From positions 27,466,001 to 27,530,000 of the forward strand of contig CM060732.1 of NCBI GenBank assembly GCA_030704615.1: a DNA stretch of 64,000 nucleotides, read 5' to 3'. Of this stretch, positions 1 through 12,639 are shown piece by piece. Below the pieces are notes generated by a model. That model was not told the DNA's origin and searched no databases. It saw only the letters and a list, made by a program, of their open reading frames with translations. The translations under genes and the position numbers were made by a program. This DNA comes from Takakia lepidozioides (taxonomy: Eukaryota; Plantae; Bryophyta). The first letter of the stretch is position 1; each line of letters starts with the position of its first letter.

Positions 1-29
1 CTTTTTGCTCCATTCTTATTCGCGGTTGT

Positions 30-3000
30 TTATTATTTGTATGTGGAATTCTGGTTGCCGACACACTCGTTTTGGAGTAAGGGTTTTCACAAGGATTACA
101 TGCATTGCACTGCTTCTTGGAATTGTCTGGCCGTGAACCTTTGTGGGCCCTTTTCGTGCGAGGTCAGAGGGCAAGCCCTTCTGAATCTCTTGAAGCGCAG
201 TGGTCGGTCAGATTGCGGCAGATGATGGCAGGTTTAAAGTGTTGTGTGGCCTGAAACCCTAACTCTAAACCGTCATTTTGGTAGTTCACTTGTGAGTGAT
301 TGCCGTCCTTGCATCCACTTCTATTTTTATTGTGAGGGAGAGGGAGTCTTCCTTTGTGTCTCTGGAGCTCTCTTGGATTTTTTGCATCCAAATGGCATCC
401 CAAGAGTATGTACAGGGTTAGGGTTTCAAATCTTCATCTGATTTTTGTTACGTCTCTTGCTTCTTGGTTGAACGTTGTTGTGTCTGTCTTCGCAGCCTAC
501 TTTCTTTGTTGGGATCGTTGGTTTTGGAAGCCATGGTTGATGGTTTAGGGTGTCAGATAGTGCGTCAAGGAGGGAGTCTGGTGAGTGTACCACACGTGAC
601 CTGCGAATCAGTAGTGTTGTTCTTCAGAGGATAGAAAGCTCTAGCCGAAATTGTGCGCATGTTTTGAGCTGTTAATTGGTCGATGACAGAATGTGGTTGT
701 TGGTGACTTATGTGAGTTAACCAAAACCGCCTTGGCTGCAAAACCTTCTGTGACAGTGTTCACCCATTAGCTAGGGTGTCAGATAGTGCGTCATGGAGAG
801 AGTCTGGTGAATGTCGATGGGTTGCCTAGGGCAGTCTGAGCCCGTTTGTTTTTATGTTTGCAATTCTGATTGTGGGCAGGCACATTTGAATTCCTGCAAG
901 ACAATTGCAATTTTTTTGGTTTCTTGGCTGCATTGTGCACTCAGGGTTTCAACAGCTTCTCCCAATCCCGTGTGTGATCCTGTGTACGGTTGATACACGC
1001 AGTTTCTTCATTCGATAGATCCATGTTAACAAGTAAATATGACTGCTTTGTTGCTTTTCTTTGTTTTTCTGTCTTGAGTTCGAGTAGTTTAAGCAGTCAA
1101 TGAACACAAGGTCAGGTGCTTAATTTTGCAAATAATTTATTTATTCCGTAGGATGGAATCTGCTCAGATTCAAGATTGGATTGGATTGTAAGGAATCTCT
1201 GCATTTCAGTATGGTCTGTGATTGACCCTCATGCTTTTCTATACCTTCTCTCTTGCTTTTGTTGCTTTTCTTTGTTTTTCTGTCTTGAGTTCGAGTAGTG
1301 CAAGCAGTCAATGAACAGAAGGTCAAGTGCTTAGGGTTTGCAAATAATTTATTTATTCCATAGGATGGAATCTGCTCAGATTCAAGATAGAACAACAATA
1401 GAACAATAGTGGAAAGAGAAGGGACAATTCTTCATGATTAGTTTGTTTCTTAGCTATGGCTAGTGTTAGGGTAGTGACGTGCGGTTAACGATCTCCCTTT
1501 GAAGGTGGGGTTACTTTATTTTCATACTGTCCTCTAGACACCCGATGACAATGCAAATCAGTAATTCTATTGCCGTCGCAAGTGTGCACCGCAGCACTAT
1601 AGTTCATTGCTGCATGTTAGCCTCACCTTACCGTGGGCCCAGGTTATGTAGATTCTTGGCACCTTGACTTCAGAATCTTTGCTTGATTATGACCTGTTGT
1701 TCTACGAGCCCACATACTCATGCAGGTATGCTTTAGGACCGTGTAGGCAAGCTTCTTCCGGAGCTGTTAGGGTTTCGTGCTAAAATGTGTTTGCTAGCTC
1801 TTTGAATGTCCAAGTTTTCCAGACTTAAAGGACTATTATTTTCTTAAGGTTGGTCAGATTGCGGCAGATGAGGGCAGGTTTAAAGTGTTCCGCGTTCTTG
1901 TCTTCTTTTCTCTTCGGTGTGTTACGTTTTCCCAGTCTATATACATTGGCTGTCACTGTTGTGGTTCTTGCCAAGATCCAGGTAGGGTACATGTATTGGT
2001 TGTGCAATTGTTGGTGTTATGATGATTGGCTGTAAGGCCAACCAGAATCTTTTGTCATTACGGCCATGGTGGGTTAAGTTTATATCACTGTACAACTTCT
2101 CCCAGTAAAGCCTCTTCTGATCCCTTACAAGCTGATTGACCTCTTTACGCAGTTGGTAGTATCTAGACCAGAGTCCTTATAGAGCGCCTGCCTCTCAGCA
2201 ATCTTGAGCTTGATCTCATGGGTCCACCAATTTACTGCTCTACCACAGATAATTAGTTTCCTTCCATGACTTGGGTTAGGGTTTCAAATCTTCATCTGAT
2301 TTTTGTTACGTCTCTTGCTTCTTGATTGAACGGTGTTGTGTCTGTCTTCGCAGCCTACTTTCTGTGTGGGATTGTTGGTTATGGAAACCATGGTTGATGG
2401 TTTAGGGTGTCAGATAGTGCGTCAAGGAGGGAATCTGGTGAGTGTAAGTTTGTAGGGTTTGCTACCAATGTGTGAAGAATGAGTTTCTGTTCTCTCTTCA
2501 GTACTTTGATGCATTTGATCTGCGAATCAGTAGTGTTGTTCAAACCTTTACGATTTCTTGAGTACCATCTTCAGAGGATAGAAAGCTCTAGCCAAAATTG
2601 TGCGCATGTTTTGAGCCGGTAATTGGTCGATGACAGAATGTGGTTGTTGGTGACCTTTGTGAGTTAACCAAAACCGGCTTGGCTGCAGAACCTTCTGTGA
2701 CAGTGTTCACCCATTAGCTAGGGTGTCAGATAGTGCATCATGGAGAGAGTCTGGTGAATGTCGATGGGTTGCCTAGGGCAGTCTGAGCCCGTTTGTTTTT
2801 ATGTCTGCAATTCTGATTGTGGGCAGGCACATTTGAATTCTTGCAAGACAATTGCAATTTTTTTGGTTTCTTGGCTGCGTTGTGCACTCAGGTCTTCAAC
2901 AGCTTCTTCCAATCCCGTGTGTGATCCTGTGTACGGTTGATACACGCAGTTTATTCATTCGATAGATCCATGTTAACAAGTAAAATATGAGGAGGGTCCT

Positions 3001-3094
3001 TTGAAAGACATGGTTGTTTGTTATTTATATGTGGAATTCTGGTTGTGCACTACATGATAGATGCAACTCAACAACACGGGATGATGGTTAGAGT
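30..3094 (+). repeat. Composite local repeat, copy I (modules a-b-c-d-e, then b-c again)
   Basis: Near-identical to 5485-6715 (direct) and 9540-11975 (inverted). The same spurious ORF MSMGCLGQSEPV... occurs at 811, 2758, 6377 and 11161(-). Contains an internal ~240-bp tandem duplication (~1045-1400) and an antisense LINE fragment (~2030-2265) matching 28340-28595. Confidence 0.9.
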
Positions 3095-3598
3095 GTCTAC
3101 AATGTTGCACGAGGGGTCCCTTCTCTTCTGGAGGTAATTTCAGAGCCTGAAATGGATCGTAGAGGTACTTATAATATTGAGATCAGTCCGCTGGGCTACT
3201 CCCCGATGTTGAGGTCGGAGAACGATATGAAGCTGTTGGCTCGGGACGTGTTAAAGGCTTTGTCTGTCCTGCATGCGGTAAACCTCGTCCATAGGGATAT
3301 CCGGTTGCCCAATATTGTGCAGGTTTCAGCGGAGGGGTTCATGCTCATAGACCTTTAAACGGTAGCTGAATCTCCATTCAAATTGCCAGAAGGATTTCTG
3401 CCTTTTGCTGATTGGAGCAAGGCCATGTTGGAGGACGGCCACTACACTCCCCAGTCAGTTTTGTATCAGCTGGGAGTACTTCTGCAATCCCGACATTGCG
3501 GTACTGCTCAGAGGTGTATTAGCAGTCTTAAGTCTAGGCAGTGGACTGCAGAGGAGGCATTGAAAGATGCTTGGTTATCTCCTGTACAAATTACATGA
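3095..3598 (+). pseudogene. C-terminal kinase fragment of a Crinkler (CRN)-like protein
   Basis: Reads VYNVARGVPSLLEVISEPEMDRRGTYNIEISPLG...LVHRDIRLPNIV...FMLIDL*...YTPQSVLYQLG...TAEEALKDAWL, with an in-frame stop at 3356-3358. Aligns by eye with the kinase at 7799-8280(-). Its 5' part is replaced by the repeat. Confidence 0.75.
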
Positions 3599-3715
3599 AA
3601 CTGTAGAGGCTGACTCTATTGGCTACACCTGAAGTGATTTGGTAAAATGCGGGAGGCTATAAGAAAGCCTTTCTTATACAGGGAGAGTCCCTTGATCTGG
3701 CAGCTCGCCGGTTAG

Positions 3716-4561
3716 ACACACTAGGAACAACTTAGATGCAGATCTCACATGCGCTACTCGAGAGGGAGTTTACGCCATGCACTAGTATAGACACAGAGCA
3801 CATAACAATGCAATTATCTAAAGCAGGGGATACAAACGCATCTAAAACTTGACAGCTTCAAAGGGCGAGACCAGGCAAGATCATGCAAAGTAGTGAAGCC
3901 AAATCTTTATAAACCCCAGACTAGTTTCGCTCAGCACGTGAGCTCATCAGTGGGAAAGAAAAGGAATGAGATACAAACCCCACCCCCCCATATATTACTA
4001 GGAGTGAACTGCCTCGTGTGGACAATCTTCCAAGTGGATGTCTCGTGAGGAGAAAAACCATCCAACAGATGTCTCGTACGGAGAAAAATCGTCCAAAAAG
4101 TCTCGGTGGGAGAAAGTCATCCAGTGGATGAAAACAAGTTCTCGACAAGAGAGAACCAGATCCAAAGAATAAAAATCATCCAAATAGTCAATTGCATATC
4201 TCTCAAATACAACTAACTCCAGGAGTTTATGACTATGCAACAACCAATTATGTTCAAGTTAGAGCATGTTGTGCAAAGTCATAAGGGCTGAAACCACTTC
4301 GAAAAGAACACAAAACTCGTAAGAGCTTTGCACACGCAGACCATCGCGCAACCATCGTCTTGCTAAAGCCTGCAGCTGTGTTGTCCTGAACGTGTCTAAC
4401 CACGATCCCCACCTTCCGACCTCCAAGAAGAAACACGGCTCGGTCTTCGTATTGTTGCCTCATCAAATGAATGAGCAGCTTGGTCAAAAGAATGAAGATC
4501 AACATTTGCCTCCATTACGTGAAGACGATTAAAGATGTGTTGCAGCTATCACTGTAAGAAC
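3716..4561 (-). mobile_element. Penelope-like element subfamily C, partial copy with hammerhead
   Basis: 3716-4146 is the reverse complement of 41733-42188. ORF 4254-4505(-) ends in MVARWSACAKLLRVL, weakly like the PLE-A RT C-terminus MICWRNPRKLSSFL. Confidence 0.7.
3914..3955 (-). ncRNA. Minimal type-I hammerhead ribozyme
   Basis: Minus strand reads CCCA-CUGAUGA-GCUCA-cgugc-UGAGC-GAA-ACUAGU-C-UGGG. Full catalytic core, stems I and II, palindromic stem III, GUC cleavage triplet. Confidence 0.88.
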
Positions 4562-4764
4562 GTTTAGGGTTCACATAAAGTGTCAAAACAAGTGTAGCAG
4601 TACAACGCGGATGCACCGGGTGCAAGATAAACACAATCCGGGCAAACAAGTTTTGGGGAGGCCAGTTATGTACCCCTGGAAAAATTTAGGGTTTAGGGTT
4701 TAGGGTTCACATAAAGTGTCAAAACAAGTGTAGATGGGTTTAGGGTTTAGGGTTTAGGGTTTTA
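4562..4764 (+). repeat. Alternating TTTAGGG tracts and short 3'-end copies of PLE-C
   Basis: Order is TTTAGGG, ~115 nt of the C 3' end (reverse complement of 42370-42485), (TTTAGGG)3, ~29 nt of the same end, then (TTTAGGG)3. Confidence 0.85.
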
Positions 4765-5057
4765 GACTGATTTCTAGCTTAGTAAAAAAAATAAAAATAA
4801 TGTGGTGTAGATTGCAATAGCAATGTGACTGGCCTTTGATTGAATGGACTAAGAGCAGAGACGAGCGAACGTGGAAATGGTGGAAGTGCGTGGCAACTGA
4901 GAGCTTTACAACCTCAGTGCTACTTTGCTTGTTGGTTGATTCTACGGCTGTGGGGCTATTTAGGGTTTCGGGGTTTGACTTTTGATTTGGATCTTGCTTG
5001 TACAGGGGCATGCTCTTTCCTCTAAGTTTTTTGTTACTCTACCCTTGCATGGAGGCC

Positions 5058-7112
5058 ATGATGGCTAAGCGTGAGCGTGTTCGAAAGCTTTTGGAGACAA
5101 AGCTACCACCAGAGGAGTTTGAGGAAATTAGCGACCAAGATTTGGATATACTTGTGAACAGTGGGCTTACATCTTCAAGTGTACTTACACTTGTTGCTGT
5201 TGACAGAGGTTCTTTGCCCGATGTTCTTCCTGGCTGACGTGGTGTCTCATCAGCATTTAGTGAGCCCCAGCGTTCTGTAGGTATATAAACCCTAAACCCT
5301 AAACTTCTTTGTGGTGGTCTGAGTTTCTCAAGGCTCTGCGGCCTGAGTTTGCTGATAATGAGGTTCAAGTACTTAGAGTTTGTCGTCCCCATATCATTTG
5401 CTCCTTTTGAAGAGGAAATGATAATATTAGTTATGACTCCAGAATCCTTGGTTGATTATGATCTCAAATGCCAATGAGCAGCATATTATTTGTATTTGGA
5501 ATTATGGTTGCCGACACACTTGTTTTGGAGTAAGGGATTTCGCAAGGAATATATGCATTGCACTGCTTCTTGGAAATGTCTGGCCGTGAACCTTTGTGGG
5601 CACTTTTCGTGCAAGGCAAGCCCTTCTGAATCTCTTAAAGCGCAGTGGTCGGTCAGATTGCGGCAGATGATGGCAGGTTTAAAGTGTTGTGTGGCCTGAA
5701 ACCCTAACTCTAAACCGTCATTTTGGTAGTTCACTTGTGAGTGATTGCCGTCCTTGTATCCACTTCTATTTTTATTGTGAGGGAGAGGGAGTCTTCCTTG
5801 TGTCTCTGGAGCTCTCTTGGATTTTTTGCATCCATAACCATAACCGGAACAATTTTGGACAGGCTCAATGGCATCCCACGAGTATGTACAGGGTTAGGGT
5901 TTCAAATCTTCATCTCATTTTTGTGACGTCTCTTGCTTCTTGGTTTGAACGGTGTTGTGTCTGTGTTCGCAGCCTACTTTCTTTGTGGGATTGTTGGTCA
6001 TGGAAACCATGGTTGATGGTTTAGGGTGTCAGATAGTGTGTCAAGGAGGGAGTCTGGTGAGTGTAAGTTTGTAGGGTTTGCTACCAATGTGTGAAGAATG
6101 AGTTTATGTTCTCTCTTTAGTACTTTGATGCATGTGACCTGCGAATCAGTAGTGTTGTTCAAACCTTTACGATTTCTTGAGTACCATCTTCAGAGGATAG
6201 AAAGCTCTAGCCGAAATTGTGCGCATGTTTTGAGCCGTTAATTGGTCGATGACAGAATGTGGTTGTTGGTGACCTTTGTGAGTTAACCAAAACCGGCTTG
6301 GCTGCAAAACCTTTTGTGACAGTGTTCACCCATTAGCTAGGGTGTCAGATAGTGCGTCATGGAGAGAGTATGGTGAATGTCGATGGGTTGCCTAAGGCAG
6401 TCTGAGCCCGTTTGTTTTTATGTCTGCAATTCTGATTGTGGGCAGGCACATTTGAATTCTTGCAAGACAATTGCAATTTTTTTGGTTTCTTGGCTGCGTT
6501 GTGCACTCAGGGTTTCAACAGCTTCTTCCAATCCCGTGTGTGATCCTGTGTACGGTTGATACACGCAGTTTATTCATTCGATAGATCCATGTTAACAAGT
6601 AAAATATGAGGAGGGTCCTTTGAAAGACATGGTTGTTTGTTATTTATATGTGGAATTCTGGTTGTGCACTACATGATAGATGCAACTCAACAACACGGGA
6701 TGATGGTTAGAGTGTGAGATCGCGTTGCCTAGGGCAGTCTGAGCTTGTCTTTTTCTATGTTATAAAGTTTGATGATGAGGAGGCTCCTTTGGTTGTTATT
6801 TCAGATGAACCATCACAAATCTTATGTGTCTTATATGTTAATTAATTACTTCATTAATATGATAATTACCACCATTGTGCATTTCCTTGCTTCTTGTTGC
6901 TCTGTTCTGGTCTGCCTTGCTATGCTTAACTGAATTGTTATTTGTGTCCACCAGAATTGATTGAAAGTTCTGGAGTGTGGATCAATTCTATGCTGCGGCC
7001 TCAGCCTATCAAGCTCCCACAAAACTCTTGTGAGCTAACAGCAGCATTGTTTCCTACGGATCACGGAAAGCTTCCGCTCTTCCTGTTCCGAAATTTACCG
7101 GGAAAGCTATAG
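5058..7112 (+). pseudogene. Crinkler-like gene remnant: helical header exon (5058-5280) spliced to exon 2 (from 6955)
   Basis: Exon 1 is MMAKRERVRKLLETKLPPEEFEEISDQDLDILVNSG..., with an internal TGA at 5235. Donor G|GTATAT at 5281 and acceptor CCAG at 6954 are both phase 1. Exon 2 VWINSMLRPQPIKLP resembles VLVSSWLRPLERLP in exon 2 of the minus-strand gene. Confidence 0.5.
5485..6715 (+). repeat. Composite local repeat, copy II (modules a-b-c), inside the intron
   Basis: Near-identical to 30-400 plus 2270-3094, and to the inverted copy at 10840-11975. Confidence 0.9.
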
Positions 7113-7798
7113 GGACTTCACACAGAGCTACAAAACTCTTCTCTTCACCAACAAACAAACTACACTTGCATAATGTCAATTTAAGAAGCAAGGCACATCG
7201 CCTTGTCACGAAGACTTTTGGGAGAGCTTCCCGGCGGGAATACGACTGTTGGTTACATCAGATGGATGGATGAACGGGTTATCAGATGAATAATCACAGA
7301 CATTGGATGGATGTGAAGTAGGTTGCAGTAGGAGTCGCGTTACTAACTATGTACCTGGATATGGTGGCCACGTGTTGGCCACACACATGCTACACGACAT
7401 CGAGAGCAACGCGTGATTACCGATGGATGAGAATCAATTCGTCCATCCGGGTTTGTTTGTCTACCATCCCAGGTCATCAGAAACTAGGGGAATATACTAG
7501 GGGAATATACCACTTGTCTCATTCTATCTCTCTTCAAGAAGGGGTTGTTCCCCTGGAATTGCAAAGCCACAACTTACAAGCAAACATCCAATAGATTGTG
7601 ACCTGTCTTTCATATCACTGTCTGGTCACAATTGTTTTTCAAAGTCATCTCCTCACACATACAGCTCTCGCCTAATAATTGCTGAACTTTGCATGCAAGT
7701 TACTCTGCATGCATTGGAGATTACAAAACATGGGGACAAGCAAGAGCAACACCTTCATGAAACAACAGCTATGGCACCAGCAGAGAATAGCTCTCCTC

Positions 7799-10700
7799 CT
7801 ACTGACATAAATCACAATTCCCTTCACATTGATAATACTTCTTCAGTGCTGAGTCTGCTTGTGGACGGTTCTTCGTGTTTTCCTCCGCCATCTCAATTTC
7901 CTGAATCTCCTGCATCTGCTGCAGGAGCTTTCCAAGATGATACATATCTGACGCCTTGGTACATAAACCATCCCAATCTGCATGCATGATTCTTGGAGCC
8001 TCCTTATCACGTCCAACACTTTCCATATCAATAATGACCCACCTCGTCCGATCAGGGCCATGCACTTTCACAATATTTTGCCACCGAAGATCACGGTGTG
8101 TGAAGTTGTTCTTGTGCAGCTCTTTGAGGCCACGAAGAACATCATGGACTGCCGGCCTCACCTCGTTTTGATTGTGGCTGTGCTGCTGGGTCACCAACAG
8201 GGTTCAATTTCACCTTGTATAGTTGTTGGCGGTAACGTGTTGGTTCAGTCACAGCTTGCACCAAACATGGATTGCCTTTAATAGAGGCATAAAGTTTCTT
8301 CAGCAGTTCAAATTGGTCATCCTCCATTTTGGGCACAGATTTGAGAACATACGTTGGACCAAACTCAACCTGATTACCATTTGGCCGTCTCCTTGTGGAG
8401 TATAGTGAGCCTAGGACACCAGCACTAGGTAGATGTGCAGCTAGCTGCTGCAACACAAGATACAACCTCATAACAGTCTGAATGAAGAGACGCCTGAACC
8501 TTCGCTCATTCAGATCATAAAGTCTTGATATCGATCTGAAAGATAGCTTCCCGCTCTTGTCTTGGAAAAGAACGAGCCACTGGAATTGACCTCCAGCGCA
8601 AGCCCCTCCAATAACGTATGGAATCTTCCCATAGTAGAGAGGACTCCAGGTGCTCATTTTTTTGATGTTCTCATTCATAGCAACACTGAAATCTTTGAAA
8701 TCTGTCTTGTTTCCCATCTGGCAAGGACTACGCCTCTCACAAGTACTTGAAGGTCTGGCCTTTTCAACCGCATATTTGCGGAAGCTGTGGTACTTTGGGC
8801 AATGCAATCCAACTCATATAACTTAAGGACAATGCATCTTTTGCTGCCACCATTTGATCCACCATCCTTAAAACGTTTGCTGTCATGCTAGCTAGCTGAT
8901 GTGACATTGTTGCCTCCCCTGCAGTCAAATCAAAAGGCTGCCTGCATACTTCTGTAATATAACTTCTCAAGGCTTGCAAATTTGGCGTTTCTCCTGTTTC
9001 TCCTGATCCAACTGTTTCGATTACCGCTTGTGGTGGAAGCTCCACTGGAGTCGCCAAAACTGTCTCCAGGTCTTTCATATCAGGTAGACGCTCCAGTGGC
9101 CGCAACCAAGATGACACAAGAACCTCATTTGCTGCAGGCATTTCTTCTGAATCCATGACCTTCCGTTTCTTTGAGATCTGACCTGAGCCTGCAGTCCAAC
9201 ACCAAAATACCAAGATACGAGCCCCATTACTGAAACACTACCAAAAGAGCCTCCTATGTTATCCACTGCAGCAACCCTGAACCTTAAACAACTGCCATTA
9301 CACCATGGAGCTTGAAAATGTCACTCTGCCTTTCCCAATTCACAGTACCACCACATAGAAGCTTAGGAAGGTATGGAAGATGAAAGGCCCTCACAGAGTA
9401 TGTCCTGGCCTTGAAAGAGGCCCTCCCACACTTTACACAGTCAATCTCTCCTCTTGCCCATGGTGATACAAGGAGGGACGTAGAAGGTGCTGTAGATTCT
9501 TGGGAGAGCTTTGCCACTTCTGCTGCTGATAGAGTCATGCAAGGAAACTAATTATCTGTGGTAGAGCAGTAAATTGGTGGACCCATGAGATCAAGCTCAA
9601 GATTGCTGAGAGGCAGGCGCTCTATAAGGACTGCTGTAATATCAGCAGATCTGGTCTAGATACTACCAACTGAGCTTGTAAGGGATCAGAAGAGGCTTTA
9701 CTGGGAGAAGTTGTACAGTGACATAAACTTAACCCACCATGGTCGTAATGACAAAAGATTCTGGTTGGCCTTACAGCCAATCATCATAACACCAACAATT
9801 GCACAACCAATACATGTACCCTACCTGGATCTTGGCAAGAACCACAACAGTGATAGACAATGTATATAGACTGGGAAAACGTAACACACCGAAGAGAAAA
9901 GAAGACAAGAACGCAGAACACTTTACACCTGCCCTCATCCGCCGCAATCTGACCGACCTTAAGAAAATAATAGTCCTTTAAGTCTGGAAAACTTGAACAT
10001 TCAAAGAGCTAGCAAACACATTTTAGCACGAAACCCTAACAGCTCCGGAAGAATCTCGCCTACACGGTCCTAAAGCATACCTGCATGAGTATGTGGGCTC
10101 GTAGAACAACAGGTCATAATCAAGCAAAGATTCTGAAGTCAAGGTGCCAAGAATCTACAGAACCTGGGCCCACGGTAAGGTGTGGGTAACATGCAGTAAT
10201 GAACTATAGTGCTGCGGTGCACACTTGTGACGGCAATAGAATTATTGGTTTGCATTGTCATCAGGTGTCTAGAGGGCAAGTATGAAAATGAAGTAACCCC
10301 ACCTTCAAAGGGAGATCGTTAACCGCACGTCACTACCCTAACACTAGTCATAGCTAAGAAACAAACTAATCATGAAGAATTGACCCTTTTCTTTCCACTC
10401 TTGTTCTATTGTTGTTCTATCTTGAATCTGAGCAGATTCCATCCTATGGAATAAATAAATTATTTGCAAACCCCAAGGACTTGACCTTCTGTTCATTGAC
10501 TGCTTGCACTACTCGAACTCAAGACAGAAAAACAAAGAAAAGCAACAAAAGCAAGAGAGAAGGTATAGAAAAGCATGAGGGTCAATCACAGACCATACTG
10601 AAATGCAGAGATTCCTTACAATCCAATCCAATCTTGAATCTGAGCAGATTCCATCCTACGGAATAAATAAATTATTTGCAAACCTTAAGCACCTGACCTT

Positions 10701-12639
10701 GTGTTCATTGACTGCTTAAACTACTCGAACTCAAGACAGAAAAACAAAGAAAAGCAACAAAAGCAGGAAGAAAAGCAAAACCCTGCTACCTGCTGTAGGT
10801 GCTACAAAAGCTTTGAGAAGTATCCCCACAACAGCCAACCCATGTTGTTGAGTTGCATCTATCATGTAGTGCACAACCAGAATTCCACATATAAATAACA
10901 AACAACCGTGTCTTTCAAAGGACCCTCCTCATATTTTACTTGTTAACATGGATCTATCGAATGAATAAACTGCGTGTATCAACCGTACACAGGATCACAC
11001 ACGGGATTGGGAGAAGCTGTTGAAACCCTGAGTGCACAACGCAGCCAAGAAACCAAAAAAATTGCAATTGTCTTGCAAGAATTCAAATGTGCCTGCCCAC
11101 AATCAGAATTGCAAACATAAAAACAAACGGGCTCAGACTGCCCTAGGCAACCCATCGACATTCATCAGACTCTCTCCATGACGCACTATCTGACACCCTA
11201 GCTAATGGGTGAACACTGTCACAGAAGGTTCTGCAGCCAAGCCGGTTTTGGTTAACTCACATAAGTCACCAACAACCACATTCTGTCATCGACCAATTAA
11301 CGGCTCAAAACATGCGCACAATTTCGGCTAGAGCTTTCTATCCTCTGAAGATGGTACTCAAGAAAAAGGTTTGAACAACACTACTGATTCGCAGGTCACA
11401 TGCATCAAAGTACTGAAGAGAGAACAGAAACTCATTCTTCACACATTGGTAGCAAACCCTACAAACTTACACTCACCAGACTCCCTCCTTGACGCACTAT
11501 CTGACACCCTAAACCATCAACCATGGTTTCCATAACCAACAATCCCACAAACAAAGTAGGCTGCGAAGACAGACACAACACCGTTCAACCAAGAAGCAAG
11601 AGACGTAACAAAAATCAAATGAAGATTTGAAACCCTAACCCTGTACATACTCTTGGGATGCCATTGAGCCCGTCCAAAACTGTTACGGTTATGGTTATGG
11701 ATGCAAAAAATCCACGAGAGCTCCAGAGACACAAAGGAAGACTCCCTCTCCCTCACAATAAAAATAGAAGTGGATGCAAGGACGGCAATCACTCACAAGT
11801 GAACTACCAAAATGACGGTTTAGAGTTAGGGTTTCAGGCCACACAACACTTTAAACCTGCCATCATCTGCCGCAATCTGACCGACCACTGTTCAGAAGGG
11901 CTTGCCCTCTGACCTCGCACAAAAAGTGCCCACAAAGGTTCACGGCCAGACATTTCCAAGAAGCAGTGCAATGCAGCAAGCTCAACAAAATGGCAACTCA
12001 AAACCATAGAACATGATCCGGCAACTTTTTCTTCAGACATTCTCTGCGGGTAGGAGGCGCTGCGTGCAGCAATCTATCAACCAACAAAATGACTAGGAAT
12101 ATAAATTGGACGCTGCCATACGCTGGCTCTTATCAGACTGCTCGACAGCTCTATGAGCAGGCTGATTAGTATCGTTCTAGAAAATATATTCTAGGGAATT
12201 ACCCTGGGTGATGCCTGCCTGCAGGATAGTGCAGGGAAAGGAAACAAAGAGAACTCATTCATTCAGCAGGAGTAACAACAGATAACCGGATAAGGAAGAA
12301 CTTAAGTAATCTGCTGTAGAGCCATACATACGAGAAAGAAGTACAGATGAAGGCAAACATACGTGCAGGTGGTTCTGAAAGAACATCGGAATGACCATCA
12401 ACGGCAATGACTGCATTGGCGTCCAGATTTAAGGTCTGTTGAATCTTCGTCCAGGTGAGGGTCGTGACACCATCTGTATCCACGGGAATAAGAACCCCTT
12501 GAATAGTTATAGTGCCTGACTTCAAACCCAGGCGTTTGCCTAGCGTTATGAGACTGATTCTGCCATCTTCTTCGCTCAACATAGAGACTGGAGCCTCCAC
12601 TCCCTTCTGAAACTTGATGATGGGGACCATAGCTGCCAC
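7799..12639 (-). pseudogene. Crinkler-like effector pseudogene: header exon 12639-12363, intron 12362-9189, exon 2 encoding PD-(D/E)xK nuclease plus protein kinase, frameshifted
   Basis: Donor C|GTATGT and acceptor CTGCAG|GC are both phase 1, giving PPARSGQISKK. Exon 2 contains KRPDLQVLVRGVVLARWE (~8765-8710, in a frame missing from the ORF track), WSPLYYGKIPYVIGGACAG, and the kinase motifs HRDLRWQNIV, WVIIDME and SDMYHLG. At least three frameshifts. Confidence 0.75.
9540..11975 (-). repeat. Composite local repeat, copy III (a-b-c-d-e), inside the intron of the minus-strand gene
   Basis: Reverse complement of most of 110-2265. Same orientation relative to its host gene as copies I and II. 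Confidence 0.9.

Noticed and set aside
37-2940. Short ORFs recurring in several copies (e.g. MSMGCLGQSEPV, MLFYLESEQ)
   Set aside because: They recur only because the non-coding repeat recurs. Most have non-ATG starts, and indels between copies break the frames.
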